From Octopus sinensis (lineage: Eukaryota), in the NCBI RefSeq assembly GCF_006345805.1, contig NW_021834789.1:1-35174 (forward strand): DNA of 35,174 nt, read 5' to 3'. The translations under genes and the position numbers were made by a program. Positions 10,740 to 22,737 of the stretch are shown here, one piece after another; the stretch's first letter is position 1, and each line of letters starts with the position of its first letter. The notes beneath the pieces were generated by a model. It saw only the letters and a list, made by a program, of their open reading frames with translations. It did no database searches and was not told the DNA's origin.

Positions 10740-11672
10740 TATATATTATTCTTCAATTCATTACTTTGAACAACGATCGTCAAGTTTGCTTTGGCAATTC
10801 TAAAGATATTTTGGTGTCACGAATTGTGTCACCAAAACAGATAAAATAACCTTTAAAGTTCAATACCTGAACTTCAAATTTTACGATCCAACATATACAA
10901 AACGCAATATCCCATACAACCTAGCCGAGAAAATGTGTACGTTTGGGAGGATGTGAGAATCAGAGACAAAAGCCTAACAAAACAAACTAAAAGAATCTCT
11001 ACCCAAGCAAAAATATCCCTCTCTACTCATAGAAAATGGTGTACAGCTTGATATAGAAATACCCATACAAGAACTTAGGGCCACCCGAGGAAGAGGAAAA
11101 CGAGAACAGATCATACCAGTTATAGTGGCACACAACCCATGTTACCGGAATACCTTAAGCATTGCAAATCAAACTTGCCGATCATTATTCAAAGTAATGA
11201 TTAGAAGATATAATCACGGATGGAGTAATGGCTCTAAGTAAAAGACAGTCGAAAGACTTGAAACATTTAATACAGGCAAAGTGTGATCTTAGCAACAATA
11301 CGAATCATTCATTGTGTCTAAGTACAATGATAATCGATGTGGGACATGTCAGTTCATACATATCGGTCAATATTGGAACAAAAAATAAACGGAAGAATAT
11401 TTGCAAATGTAAATATGAACTGCAAAAGCAGAAATTTTTTATTGCATCAAATGCCAGAATTCTGAAGAGATATACGTTGGCCAGACTTGGAATGCACTAG
11501 TGGAACGGTCACGTGTGCTCCAACAGTAAATAAGAGATCCTGATGTCGGCCAGAGATCCCTTTAACCGACCACTGGCAACTTGTGGTCTACACACTGAAG
11601 ACAAGGCGAGAGAAACGTAGAGAGAAAAAATTTATTGATAAACTGAAACCATTTTTAAATGGGCAAAACTAA
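10740..11672 (+). mobile_element. Decayed Penelope-like element (RT C-terminus, linker, GIY-YIG endonuclease); may extend 5' to about 10400
   Basis: Across frames: QYLNF...TKRNIPYNLAEKMCT (10861); QKYPSLLIENG...IPIQELR...IIPVIVAHNP; SKRQSKDLKHLIQAK; RCGTCQFI (11335); MNCKSRN; YCIKCQNSEEIYVGQT...RVLQQ*IRDP (11413); REKKFIDKLKPFLN. This is the characteristic PLE domain order. Confidence 0.88.
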
Positions 11673-11737
11673 TAATAGTTATAGTAACGGTGATGACTGG
11701 AATGATGATGATGATGATGATGATTATGATGATGATG

Positions 11738-11780
<43 letters not shown>

Positions 11781-12174
11781 TGATGATAATAATAATAAAA
11801 ATTGATGATGATGATATATAATAATAATATAATGATGATGATAATATAATAATAATAATGATGATGATGATGATATAATAATAATAATAACAATGATAAT
11901 AATGGTAATGATAATAATAATAATAATAATGATAATAATAATAATAATAATATAATATAATAAGAGTAATAATAATAATGTGATGATAATAATAATAATA
12001 ATTGATAATAATGATAATAATAATGATGATAATAATAATAATAACAATGATATAATAATAATAATAATAATAATATAATGATAATAATATAATAATAATA
12101 ATAATGATAATAATATAATAATAATGATAATAATAATGATAATATTAATAATAATAACAATAATGATAATAATG

Positions 12175-12235
<61 letters not shown>

Positions 12236-12247
12236 TAATAATAATAA
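11673..12247. repeat. (TAA)n/(TGA)n compound microsatellite
   Basis: Direct trinucleotide run. The poly-I/L/Y/H ORFs are artefacts. Confidence 0.95.
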
Positions 12248-12570
12248 TTAACTGGTATGATTGTCTTAACTGGTAGATTGTCTTAACTGGTACATCACAC
12301 GTATTGAGAAGAGCAGATTGTCTTAACTGGTACATCACACGTATTGAGAAGAGCAGATTGTCTTAACTGGTACATCACACGTATTGAGAAGAGCATTGTC
12401 GATGTGAGAACTGTTGCTGCTCATGTATTTTAATTTAACTTTAAAAAAAAAAAATGAATGAACTACTGAGTTTGTTTAATGGCCTACCAATATAACTATG
12501 ATTTCTTTGCCCTAGGAGTCGGGAAGACACTCGGCAAGAATGGAAGAAAATATTGAAAGAAGAAAAAAAG
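12248..12570 (+). mobile_element. Severely 5'-truncated R4/Dong-clade LINE 3' end with stuttered 5' junction
   Basis: Colinear with 14185-14398 (gattgtcttaactggtacatcacacg...ccctaggagtcgggaagacactcgg...aaaaaaagtaat) but with many substitutions, so it is a separate insertion. Confidence 0.88.
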
Positions 12571-12614
12571 TAATAATAATAATAATGATAATAATAATAA
12601 TAATAATAATAATA

Positions 12615-12645
<31 letters not shown>

Positions 12646-12811
12646 ATTATAATAATAATATAATAATAATAAAATAATGATAATATTAATAATAATAATA
12701 ATAATGATAATAATAATGATAATATAATAATAATGATGATGATGATAGTAATGACAATAATAATAATATAATAATATAATAATAATAATAATAATAATAA
12801 TCATAATAATG

Positions 12812-12846
<35 letters not shown>
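12571..12846. repeat. (TAA)n microsatellite
   Basis: Direct run. Confidence 0.95.
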
Positions 12847-14397
12847 TCAGTCGTGTTAGATGTTGACACAGTCATAAGAGAGCCTGAGCAAGAGCAAACA
12901 TACAAATATTTAGGGATAAATGAAGGCTCTGGTATTCAGCGCAAGCATGAAAGAGAAAATCAGGAAGGAATGTTATAGGAGAGTTCGTGCAGTCCTGAAA
13001 TCTGAACTAAATGCACGTAACAAGGTGTTAGCTATAAATTCTTTGCAGTTCAAGTTGTTACTTATAGCTACAATGTGTTGAACTGGAATATGAGTGAAGT
13101 AAAGAATATAGATAGGAAAATACGCAAGCTGCTGAGTTGTAATAGGATGCACCACCCAAAGGCAGACGTAGATCGCCTTTACCTTCCCAGAGCCTAAGGA
13201 GGTCGAGGCCTGATCCAATTTGAACTAGCTTACAAAACAACCACAACTGGACTGGCCAAATATCTCGAAATAACGAATGACTGGATGCTAAAGCTCGTGG
13301 AAAATCACGAGAGACGAAAGAAGCTTCATTCTATCATAAAGGAACGCAAAAAATTTGCTATTGATCTCGTGCAGGATACCCAAACTGAACAACCCGAGGG
13401 AAGTACGGCAGCTATTGTTGCAAAGAAGGTAAAAATAATGGCAACGAAAAAAGCGCACGCGCAATTGGCTGATAGGTGGAAGGAAACCTCTGCACGCAAA
13501 TATGTGGCCCGCAGCAAACAAGCTGATGTTGACCAGAAGCAAACCATCAGTGGCTACGGAGCTCAGGGCTAAAAGCAGAGAGCGAAGGTTTCATCCTGGC
13601 TGCTCAAGATCAAAGCCTATTAACCCGGAACTACCAGGCCAATGTGATGAAAATGGAGCAGACCCAAAAAATGCCGATTCTGCAACGACATGATTGAAAC
13701 AGTGGACCACCTAATCTCTGGATGTAAAGTCTTAGCACCAGTGGAGTATAAATTAAGACATGACAGAGTTGGCCAATATCTACACTGGCTAATAAGTCGG
13801 CATTACAATATCAAAACTGCCGACAAGTGGTATAATCACCACCCTGAGGCTGTAACTGAAGGAGAAAATGTAACCATTCTGTGGGACTTTCCAGTACATA
13901 CAGACCGAACCATCAAGGCCAATAAACCAGATATTGTTATGAAAGACCAAAACAATAAAAGTTTGCTTATTGATCGACATGAGCATCCCTGTGATCATAA
14001 TATCTCGGCGAAAGAGTTTGACAAGCTCAGAAATATAAAGACCTACTCATTGAAATTGAGAAAATGTGGCATCTCAAGGCGGTTACAATACCAGTGATCG
14101 TAGGGCACTAGGAATGATCAAGAAGGGAACCGAAAATTATATGAGAATGATCCCTGGCTTACCATCCCTGCAAGAAGTGCAAAAGATTGTCTTAACTGGT
14201 ACATCACACGTATTGAGAAGAGCATTGTCGATGTGAGAACTATTACTACCCATGTATTTTAATTTAACTTTAAAAACATGAACGAACTAGTGAGTTTAGT
14301 TTAATGGCCTACCAATGTATACTATGAGTTTCTCTGCCCTAGGAGTCGGGAAGACACTCGGGAAGAAATGGAAGCAAATTTGAAAGAAGGAAAAAAA

Positions 14398-14398
<1 letters not shown>
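12847..14398 (+). mobile_element. 5'-truncated R4/Dong-clade non-LTR retrotransposon (RT thumb, CCHC finger, restriction-like endonuclease, 3' UTR) inserted in (TAA)n
   Basis: Across frames: TYKYLGINE; HHPKADVDRLYLPR*GGRGL; CRFCNDMIETVDHLISGCKVLA...RHDRVG; ILWDFPVHTDRTIKANKPDIV...LLID; KYKDL...IPVIVGALG. Flanked by (TAA)n, the established target of Dong/Rex6-type R4-clade elements. Confidence 0.92.
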
Positions 14399-14452
<54 letters not shown>

Positions 14453-14520
14453 TGATAATAATAATAATAATAATAATAATATTAATAATAATGATAATAA
14501 TAATAATAAAGATAATAAAA
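14399..14520. repeat. (TAA)n microsatellite
   Basis: Direct run. Confidence 0.95.
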
Positions 14521-14834
14521 ACAATAGGTCAGATATAGTAATATAGTTATACAAGATCACCAAGTAAAAATGACCATGTTTCTCTAAAAGAAATGGCGAA
14601 ACTGAAAGTACAAAGATCTGAAAATAGAAGTAACTCAAATTTGGGGCTAAAATTAAAAACAGTCCTATTATTGTGGCACATTAGGTATGATAAAAAAAAC
14701 CCAAAATAATTCAGACAAACACATAACAAAAAACGCCAGGACTTGCATATATATGATATGCAGAAAATAGCCCCACCAGGCACACAGAGTTGTGCTCAGT
14801 AGTGCAGTGAAAGGAATAATAATCATTTCTATTA

Positions 14835-15030
14835 TAAGCAGAAGGCCTGAATTTGTGGGGAGGGTGTTTGTTGATTATATCAACCCCAGTGTTTCAATGA
14901 TACTCAATTATTGACCCCAAAGTTATGTAAGGCAAAGTCACCTCAGCAGAATCTGAACTCAGAATGTAGCAAACGGGAAAATCTGCTAAGCATTTCATCC
15001 AGCATGCTAACAATTCTGCCAGCCCGTGCC
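14835..15030 (-). mobile_element. Old SINE (my label: family B), CpG-depleted
   Basis: Reverse-complement homology to 28730-28900: aggcaaagtcacctcagcagaatctgaactcagaatgtagc...catttcatccagcatgctaacaattctgccagc. Confidence 0.8.
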
Positions 15031-15315
<285 letters not shown>

Positions 15316-15324
15316 ACTTCTACT

Positions 15325-15527
15325 AAAGGCAGAAGGCCTGAAATTTGGGGAAGGATGATGAGTCAATTACAATGACCCCAGTGTTTCACTGATAGTTAAT
15401 TTATTGAACCTGAAAGGATGAAAGTGAAAGTCTACCTTGGTGGAATTTGAACTCAGAACATAAAGGTGAATAAAATGCTGCTATGCATTTTGTCCAATGT
15501 GCTAATGTTTCTGCCAACTTGCCGCCA
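15325..15527 (-). mobile_element. Old SINE family B copy
   Basis: gaccccagtg...gaaaggatgaaag...ggaatttgaactcagaac...gctaatgtttctgccaacttgccgcc. Confidence 0.8.
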
Positions 15528-15604
15528 TAATGATAATGATGATGATAATGATGATGATGATGAAGATAAAAACAATTTTGGTAAAGTGGAATATATAGTC
15601 CATT

Positions 15605-15755
15605 AATCAACCCCAGTACTCAACTGGTACCTATTTTACTGACCCTAACAGGATGAAAGGCAAAGTCAGCTTCATGGTAATCAGAATTTGGAATGTAAAG
15701 TCAGAAGAAATGCTACTAAGCGTTTTGCCTGATGTGCTCACATTTTCGTCACCTT
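15605..15755 (-). mobile_element. Old SINE family B copy (partial)
   Basis: caaccccagtactcaactggtacc...gaccc...ggatgaaaggcaaagtc...gctaagcgttttgcc. Confidence 0.72.
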
Positions 15756-16309
15756 AGCAACAATAACAACAACAATACTAATAATAAAATGTGCTGTTTA
15801 GCCCTTGGTCAACCCTGACTGTGCAGGCCTGAGATCAAAAGCATTCTAGCTGTGACCATCCTGTCTTTTTCCTATTTGCAATGACCATATAACCATGTGA
15901 GTTCACATGTCCTTGTTTTAAGATATGAGGCAGATGTGGCTGCTACATCTAACAGACCTAACCACCACATACACGATCTCTCATTGGTTCATTATTAGCT
16001 TGTGCAAATAAATAGACAGGAACAGTTTGACAGGACCCTGCTTAGATTTTCAGTAGACGCATCAGATAGCATTTTTATCTGATGTACTTACTACTACCAC
16101 AGATAACTGTGGTTGTTCAATAGGATTGAGTATTGGGTATATCTATTGATGAGGGGGTCTATTCATATCCATTCCCTGTCTTCAGTCATCATATGTTGTC
16201 AGAATCATAAGGACGCCTTCCTCACACTCATATTTGGGTATTTTAAACATAATGTAGCTAACCCCTCTCTCTGTTAAACCACAGTGGAAATCTTTCAAGG
16301 AAAAAGAGA

Positions 16310-16324
16310 GAAGAGAGAGAGAGA

Positions 16325-16361
<37 letters not shown>

Positions 16362-16365
16362 AGAG
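16310..16365. repeat. (GA)n microsatellite
   Basis: Direct run. Confidence 0.95.
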
Positions 16366-17664
16366 TGCAAAATATAATGATGTATTCCTTTCAGTACCTG
16401 ATGTTGTATTGAAAGAATGAAAAAGCAAAGTTGACGTTGATGGGATTTGAACTCAGGGCACAGAATGCCAGAATGACTACTTCAATACATTCTAAGCAAT
16501 CCGCTAACAATCCTGTCGAATCACCAAGTAACAACTGGCAGGTATTTAATGCATGGAACATGCTTGGATGGAGTTGGTAGGCAAGGGGAGGTAATCCCTG
16601 TTTTTCTTTACCAGTGAGTGTTACTAATTAAACCATCACCCATGTTGCTAATTGCACTTTAATTAGCAGATCGTTCGCAGTCATTATCTCCTGTGTTAAC
16701 ATTTCCTTTATTTACATTTGGCAGCAGTTCATTATAAAAAGTCTATTTGAAATGTCTCATCTTGTCAATCGGTTTCTACTATTTGCTTATTAATAACCAA
16801 ATTTTGAATATGTTTTCATAATGATGCCTTTAATGGACTTATGTCTGCAAGTTTATTTGAAGTATGATAATTTTTTTTGTTTTTATTCCAGTTTGTGAAT
16901 TTGTTTCATATTAAAATTTTGTATGAAGTCACTACGTTTTATCCCCTTAATACATTTTGTTTGATTTTTAAATTTAAAAATTTAAAACAAGATAAAAAGA
17001 AAAGAAAAACAGTTTTCATTAGGAGCAGTGTTATATATTTTTTAATATAGAAATGAGAAATTTAAAAGCAAATATTTGAACAGCATTGTTAAAAACAACA
17101 ACATTGTGTAATTCCTTCTGTCAAATATAATTCTTCAGAAAAGAACAAGCATTATCAATGTATTCTGTTTTTAATTTAATTATTTCTTCTCAATTCAATT
17201 TAGCTGTTTTCAAATTATTTCAGAGATTGCACTTGTGTAGATAATGCAACACTTAAGGGACATTGATAATTGAACAAGACAAGTTTACATATTTTCAGTT
17301 AATAATCTCATTACTTAATTTCAACAGGAATAATCCTTTACAAGAGTCTTCCCCACCACCACCACCTCTCCTCCCGCTCATCCTTCCACACCTTCTCTTC
17401 AGGCTAAAAAATTATTCTCAATTTTCAGTTTTCCAGGAAGCAAACGAATGTATCTGCCAATAATTTCCCAAACATATTTTTGATATTGTTGAGCAAACAG
17501 ACAACTGACTAAAATCATTATTATTATTATTATTATATAACATATTGAATTCTTCAGGCTGGAATTACCTATAAAAGATATTTATATTGGAGTATTAGAG
17601 TGGATGGGGGGAAGGAAGAATATTTTTAAATCCTTCATTTACTGAAGAAGTAATTTTAATTACA

Positions 17665-18201
17665 CAAGACTCGGCAGGACAAGTGAGACCATAACCCGTG
17701 GCCTCTACACGGGATGTAGCCAGTCCACTTATGCATACCGCTCCTTCTTGGGACACAAAACTCTACTTGTGAAGACCTGTTGAGGCAAGTGAGAATCGTA
17801 ATCGATCAGCATCAATGGAAATTGCAGCTGTGATACTAGTGCCGGTGGCACGTAAGAGAACCATCCGAACGTGGGTTGCCAGCGCCGCCCCGACTGGCCT
17901 CATGCCGGTGGCACATAAAAAGCACCATCCGTTCGTGGCCATTTGCCAGACTCGCCTGGCCCCCATGCCGGTGGCACGTAAAAAGCACCATCCAATCGTG
18001 GCCGTTTGCCAGACGGGTCTGGCACCTGTGCCGGTGGCACGTAAAAAGCACCCACTACACTCAAGGAGTGGTTGGCGTTAGGAAGGGCATCCAGCCGTAG
18101 AAACATTGCCAGATCAGACTGGGCCTGCTGGCTTCCCAGACCCCAGTTGAACCGTCCAACCCATGCCAGCATGGAAAGCGGACGCTAAACGATGATGATG
18201 A
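17665..18201 (+). mobile_element. 3' UTR fragment of an RTE-clade LINE, with four 63-bp internal units and a (GAT)n tail
   Basis: Homologous to the UTR after the RTE ORF at 27172-27665: gtggttggcgttaggaagggcatccag...gaaccgtccaacccatgc.agcatggaaa...taaacgatgatgat. Confidence 0.85.
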
Positions 18202-18344
18202 TTATGAATTTTATGAGTTCAAATAAACAAAAGACACTGGAACGCCATCCTTCTCCACCGCCATTAATACAAAGATAATGAAGAACATAATCCAACCAAC
18301 ATCTATTTCACAAAGACACAAATATTAAAGTAAACAATATTCTT

Positions 18345-19605
18345 GAAAAAAAATTTTCTTTTTTTTTTTTTTTTTGGTTTTTCAAAGAATTTCATTCTCG
18401 TTGCTTTCTTTGAAATGTACAGTCCAGTTTTCCTTATTCTTGTTCCAAACAATTCCGTCAATTTCTCGACTCTCTCTCTCTCCAACAGTACTGCTCTTTC
18501 CTCGCTACCAAACACCTCTTCATCCAGTCTTACTCTTATTAAATTCTTCACCTTTGCAATCTTTTCCTCAATTCACACAATCTTATCGTAAATTATCATC
18601 ATTCAGTCGGCTGCTTTCTTTGCCTCACATATTCCATTCTCCTCCTTACTTCCCCTTTCCTCCACTCATCATATTCTCCTCTTTGTCTATTTCTTCTCTC
18701 CTTCTTGTTGTTGGCTCTGGGGTTCGATTTTCACTCGTCTCTTTTTCTCTACTAATTTTTTCTCTTGTACTTTTACCGCTTTTTCTTCTTTTTTCAGTTT
18801 TGGGCGGTGACTCCGCACTTGTTCTTTTTCTGACCCCTATTTCCTCCTCCTTTTCCTCCACCACTATTACTTCCTCCACCTCTGCTTAGTTCTCCGTTCT
18901 TTCCTCGTCTCTGGGGACACCTTGCCTTCATGTGTCCTCTTGTACCGCAATTATAACATACTGGAGGCTTCCCCTCCACCACAATTCTCAGCCGGGTGTC
19001 ATCGGGGAGCACCAACTCCTCTGCTATCTTGTGCAAGTCAAGCAGGGTTATATGGATCAAGATTTCCAGTCTAAATCCCCATCAGTTTATCTCAGCCAAT
19101 TTTGCCACCTTGATAATCTTGGTCTCCTCCTCACAGTTGTACAGGATAGCTTCCAACAGCCATTCCTCCTCTATTTTGGGTGGCACTCTCCCTATCTGTA
19201 CTCTTGCCACTCTTTTACCACATTAGGTTGGCAAAAGTGCCCACCTGGCTGATCTCAACAGCATCGTGGAGTACTTTTTCGTTTCCTCCTCGTTCACGAA
19301 GTGAACCTCCACCGTGCCGTACTTCCTTCCCCGAGTATAAAACGTCGTTACTCCCTTCACTTCGCTCAGGCATTCATCTGCTACTTCCACTCTTTTTGTT
19401 TCTACATCCAGCATTCTGTATATTATTATTTTCCTCTCTGCTCTTTCCATCGCTTCTCCGGGGGTATCAGCCTAAGGCAGTCTCCCCCTCTTTTTAGATA
19501 ATCCTTGTACTTTCCGAAATCCTTCTGCTCCAACACCAATTCTTTCAATCGCAGAATGTCAGCTGGCAGGCTTTTGCCCGCCACCCGGCGTAACTGCCTA
19601 TTCAT
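18345..19605 (-). pseudogene. LINE ORF1-like (gag-like CCHC zinc knuckle) pseudogene with a K/E-rich tail and an A-run
   Basis: Minus strand: MNRQLRR...YKDYLKRGGDCLRL (frameshift) RKIIIYRM...YGTVEVHF...LLPT*CGKRVARVQIGRVPP...EIN*WGF...RIVVEGKPPVCYNCGTRGHMKARCP (CX2CX4HX4C). A 17-nt A run lies at 18359-18375. The clade cannot be assigned from ORF1 alone. Confidence 0.78.
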
Positions 19606-20380
19606 TGTTCCTCTATTTCACCCAAAAATGGGAAGAAAAAGAAAACAACATTAACAACAATTAACAAATCTCAAAATATAACAGTATCCAAAGTACAACA
19701 ATGCACAACTCGCATCGACAATGCTATTCAAATTTTCTAAGACCCACAAAAGAAAAACAACATTATTTCATTACTTAAACATGCAATTGGTTGTTGTTAA
19801 TAGAAATTCAAACGCGCCGGTTTCAAATTCCCTTAAGCTATACAATTTTATACAACCATTTTTATTTCTATACACTTTCAAAGAGTAGATGAAAACCTAT
19901 GGTTGCAGAAAGGGATCACCTCAGCAAATTTAAAGTTTTGGGCCCAAAAACTTAAGGATGGAAGGGATTCCTTAACACATAGCTTATACTTATTTATATT
20001 TACTCTGAAGTAAGGGTCCCTCAAAATAACAGACCATTCCAAAGAATATCTTTTCTCATTACTCTTTAAACCATGTATATAAGAGGCAAGTGTAGTAGAA
20101 TTAAGTGGGGCCCTATGCCTACTGTACTGCCTTTATAAATTTATCTAAATTACCCTCCTCTTTAGCAACGCATGACTAATCTAAAAGTTAAACCCAGCAG
20201 ACTAGTTCAAATTTTCTGACACCCAGCCACCAAAAAAAAAACGAATTATTTTATTGCTAATCATGCAGGTGGTCGTTGTTAATAGAAATCCAAACCGTAT
20301 AAACATACACATATACACATATATTTGTATATACATATATATATGTATACACATACACACACACCTATATTTGTATATAG

Positions 20381-20462
20381 CCGAGCCGATCCGAGCCGAG
20401 CCGAGCCGAGCCGAGCCGAGCCGAGCCGAGCCGATCCGATCCGAGCCGAGCCGAGCCGAGCC
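20381..20462. repeat. CpG-rich (CCGAG)n pentanucleotide array, 16 units, three CCGAT variants
   Basis: Direct run. Confidence 0.95.
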
Positions 20463-20690
20463 CTGGCCCCCATAGCGCTCATTGGGGGGTCGTAGCCTTG
20501 GACAGTGAGCCCCAACAGGTCTTTGCAAGCAGAGTTTAGTGTCCAATGAAGGAAAGGTACGCATAAGTAGGCTGGTTACACCCGCTGGCATAGGCCATGA
20601 GGTTATGGTCTCACTTGGCTTGTAACCCATAAAAGCCCTCAATGACTCAACAGAGCTCAGAAACACGTCCTCCTCCGCCACGTCACCTTC
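20463..20690 (-). mobile_element. RTE-clade LINE 3' region fragment related to 17680-17790
   Basis: The reverse complement caagtgagaccataacctcatggcc...acttatgcgtacctttccttcattggacactaaactctgcttgcaaagacctgttgggg aligns with 17680-17785. Confidence 0.7.
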
Positions 20691-21187
20691 AACACCATGG
20701 GGTTATCTAAACTAATACAAACCCTGAATTAATTAGTCATGGTTCTAACACGGAATGCTCACATGCACACCGAACCTGATCATGTCAAGACTACATCACT
20801 CACTTCTGACATTTCCTTTTATTTTTTAACTGGTTCCAATCAGACTGTGGCCATACTGGAGCACTGATTTCAGAGTTTTATTTGATTTTATTCAGACTTG
20901 TACTTCTGTACTTTTCATTGGTGGTGTTGATGATGGCAGTGGCGGAAGTTTGACCAAAACCCCTCAGATACCAAAAGATAAGTTCATTAAAAAGACAAAC
21001 AAATAAAAAAAAACAGTAAAGAACAATAAAAGTTGAAAAGCTTTTTTCTTTCTTTCGAAATGGTTTCTCATTCGATGGTTGATGCGATGAAAGGAGACTG
21101 AATGAATTTTGTTAACTTTTAGTCATGGTTTGGGCCAAAGTTTATTAATTTGCATCTCTTAATGCTAATTAATTATTAGAAGCCATG

Positions 21188-21440
21188 AGTGCAGGTGTGG
21201 CTTTGTGGTTGGGAAGTTGGCTTCCCACTCATATGATCCTGGGTTCAGTCCCACTGTGTGGCACCTTGGGCAAGTGTCTTCTACTACATCCTGAGACCAA
21301 GCACAGCCTTGGGAGTGGATTTGGTAGACAGAAACTGAAAGAAGGTGGCGTGCTGGCAGAAACGTTAGCACGCCGGGCGAAATGCTTAGCGGTATTTCAT
21401 CTGCCGCTACGTTCTGTGTTCAAATTCCACCGTGGTCGCC
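21188..21440 (+). mobile_element. SINE family A head fused to a truncated SINE family B head
   Basis: gtggctttgtgg...gggttcagtcccactgtgtggcaccttgggcaagtgtcttc...gaaactgaaagaag, then ggcgtgctggcagaaacgttagcacgccgggcgaaatgcttagcggtatttc. The gggttcagtccc and gttcaaattcc segments resemble tRNA B boxes. Confidence 0.82.
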
Positions 21441-21504
21441 ATTGCCTGAAGGCAAAACTGCACCAGGAATGGGTTTCAATTCCTATATATATACCTTTTA
21501 TCTT

Positions 21505-21690
21505 CTACTTTTGTCATTTGACTGCAGCTATGCTGGGGCATATGGAATATGAAAGAGAGAAATAAGAAGGGTTTTAGTCAAACAATTGTTTTTAAGGTCT
21601 GGTACTTATTCTATTGGTCTCCTTTGCACCAAACCTCAAAGTTATGGGGAATGTAAACACACCAACACTGGTTGTCAACTGGCGGTAAAG
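21505..21690 (-). mobile_element. SINE family A tail
   Basis: gtcatttgactgcagctatgctggggc...gtacttattctattggtctc...acaccaacactggttgtcaa. Confidence 0.75.
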
Positions 21691-22393
21691 AGACTTGCTT
21701 TAACAAAAGGTGAGGGGCGCCTCACTCCCAGTGGTCTTTCAGCACGCCGGACACCATCCCGGAATTTCTGCGTACCCGTGATAACATTTATTGGATGGCC
21801 GTTGACTCTCAAGAGGTCCTCCGCCCTTTGACGGGTTTTGTTTTTCATCCCGCAGGGTGTCCAATAAACACCCTCCTCACCAAGCAAGCTTGTATTGGGT
21901 TACATGTTACCAATAGCACTCGAAAGTGACCTGACTGCTACGTACATATGAACTAACTGTTCATGATATATATCGAAAAATCACTAGTCAAACGAAAAAA
22001 TCAAAAATGAATTCACTTACCTTCGAGTCCAAAATAACTTTTAAAGAAATTTCTTCCAGAAACTGAAGAATTAAAACAACTGAAAAAGTCATCGTTTTTT
22101 CCACTGTTTTTCATTTAAAGATGGCTTTCGTTACATCATCCTAAAGACAATGCCTAAGCCCATTCTACGCGGCAAAAAAACAACTTAACTAAACTATTCT
22201 TAACCTTTTGTACTTTTGGTCAGAAACATTTTGGAGCTAAAGTAAACAATCATCACGATATCGACCTCTATTGATGTTTGGGAACTGGTCTGCCATTTCA
22301 GAGAGTATATATATTCAGACCAAATCAGCTACTTGTGCTGAAGCAGATCTTCCCATCGTGACATCATAACCATCGGGTGTGTCTTTATGGACC

Positions 22394-22394
<1 letters not shown>

Positions 22395-22427
<33 letters not shown>

Positions 22428-22446
22428 CGCGCATACGTTCATGAAT

Positions 22447-22479
<33 letters not shown>

Positions 22480-22501
22480 ATACGCGCATACGTTCATGAA
22501 T

Positions 22502-22581
<80 letters not shown>

Positions 22582-22737
22582 GCGCATACGTTCATGAATA
22601 CACACACACACCACCATATATATATATATATATACGCGCATACGTTCATGAATACACACACACACACACCATATATACATATATATATACGCGCAAACGT
22701 TCATGAATACACACACAACAACACACACACACACACC

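Noticed and set aside
11669-12804. Long ORFs of poly-I/L/Y/H, and similar ORFs at 14339, 15007, 22315, 27646-28393 and 30250
   Set aside because: They are translations of microsatellites with no coding signal.
16092-16290. Minus-strand acceptor (ttttccttgaaag) and strong donor (GTA|gtaagtac)
   Set aside because: All three frames contain stops across the full interval. Only a 51-nt sub-exon with a weak acceptor is open.
21700-21950. GC-richer repeat with hairpins (agggtgt/acaccct, cggg/cccg), checked for an HDV-like ribozyme
   Set aside because: I could not assemble the nested double pseudoknot (P1, P1.1, P2, P3); left as an unclassified probable repeat.
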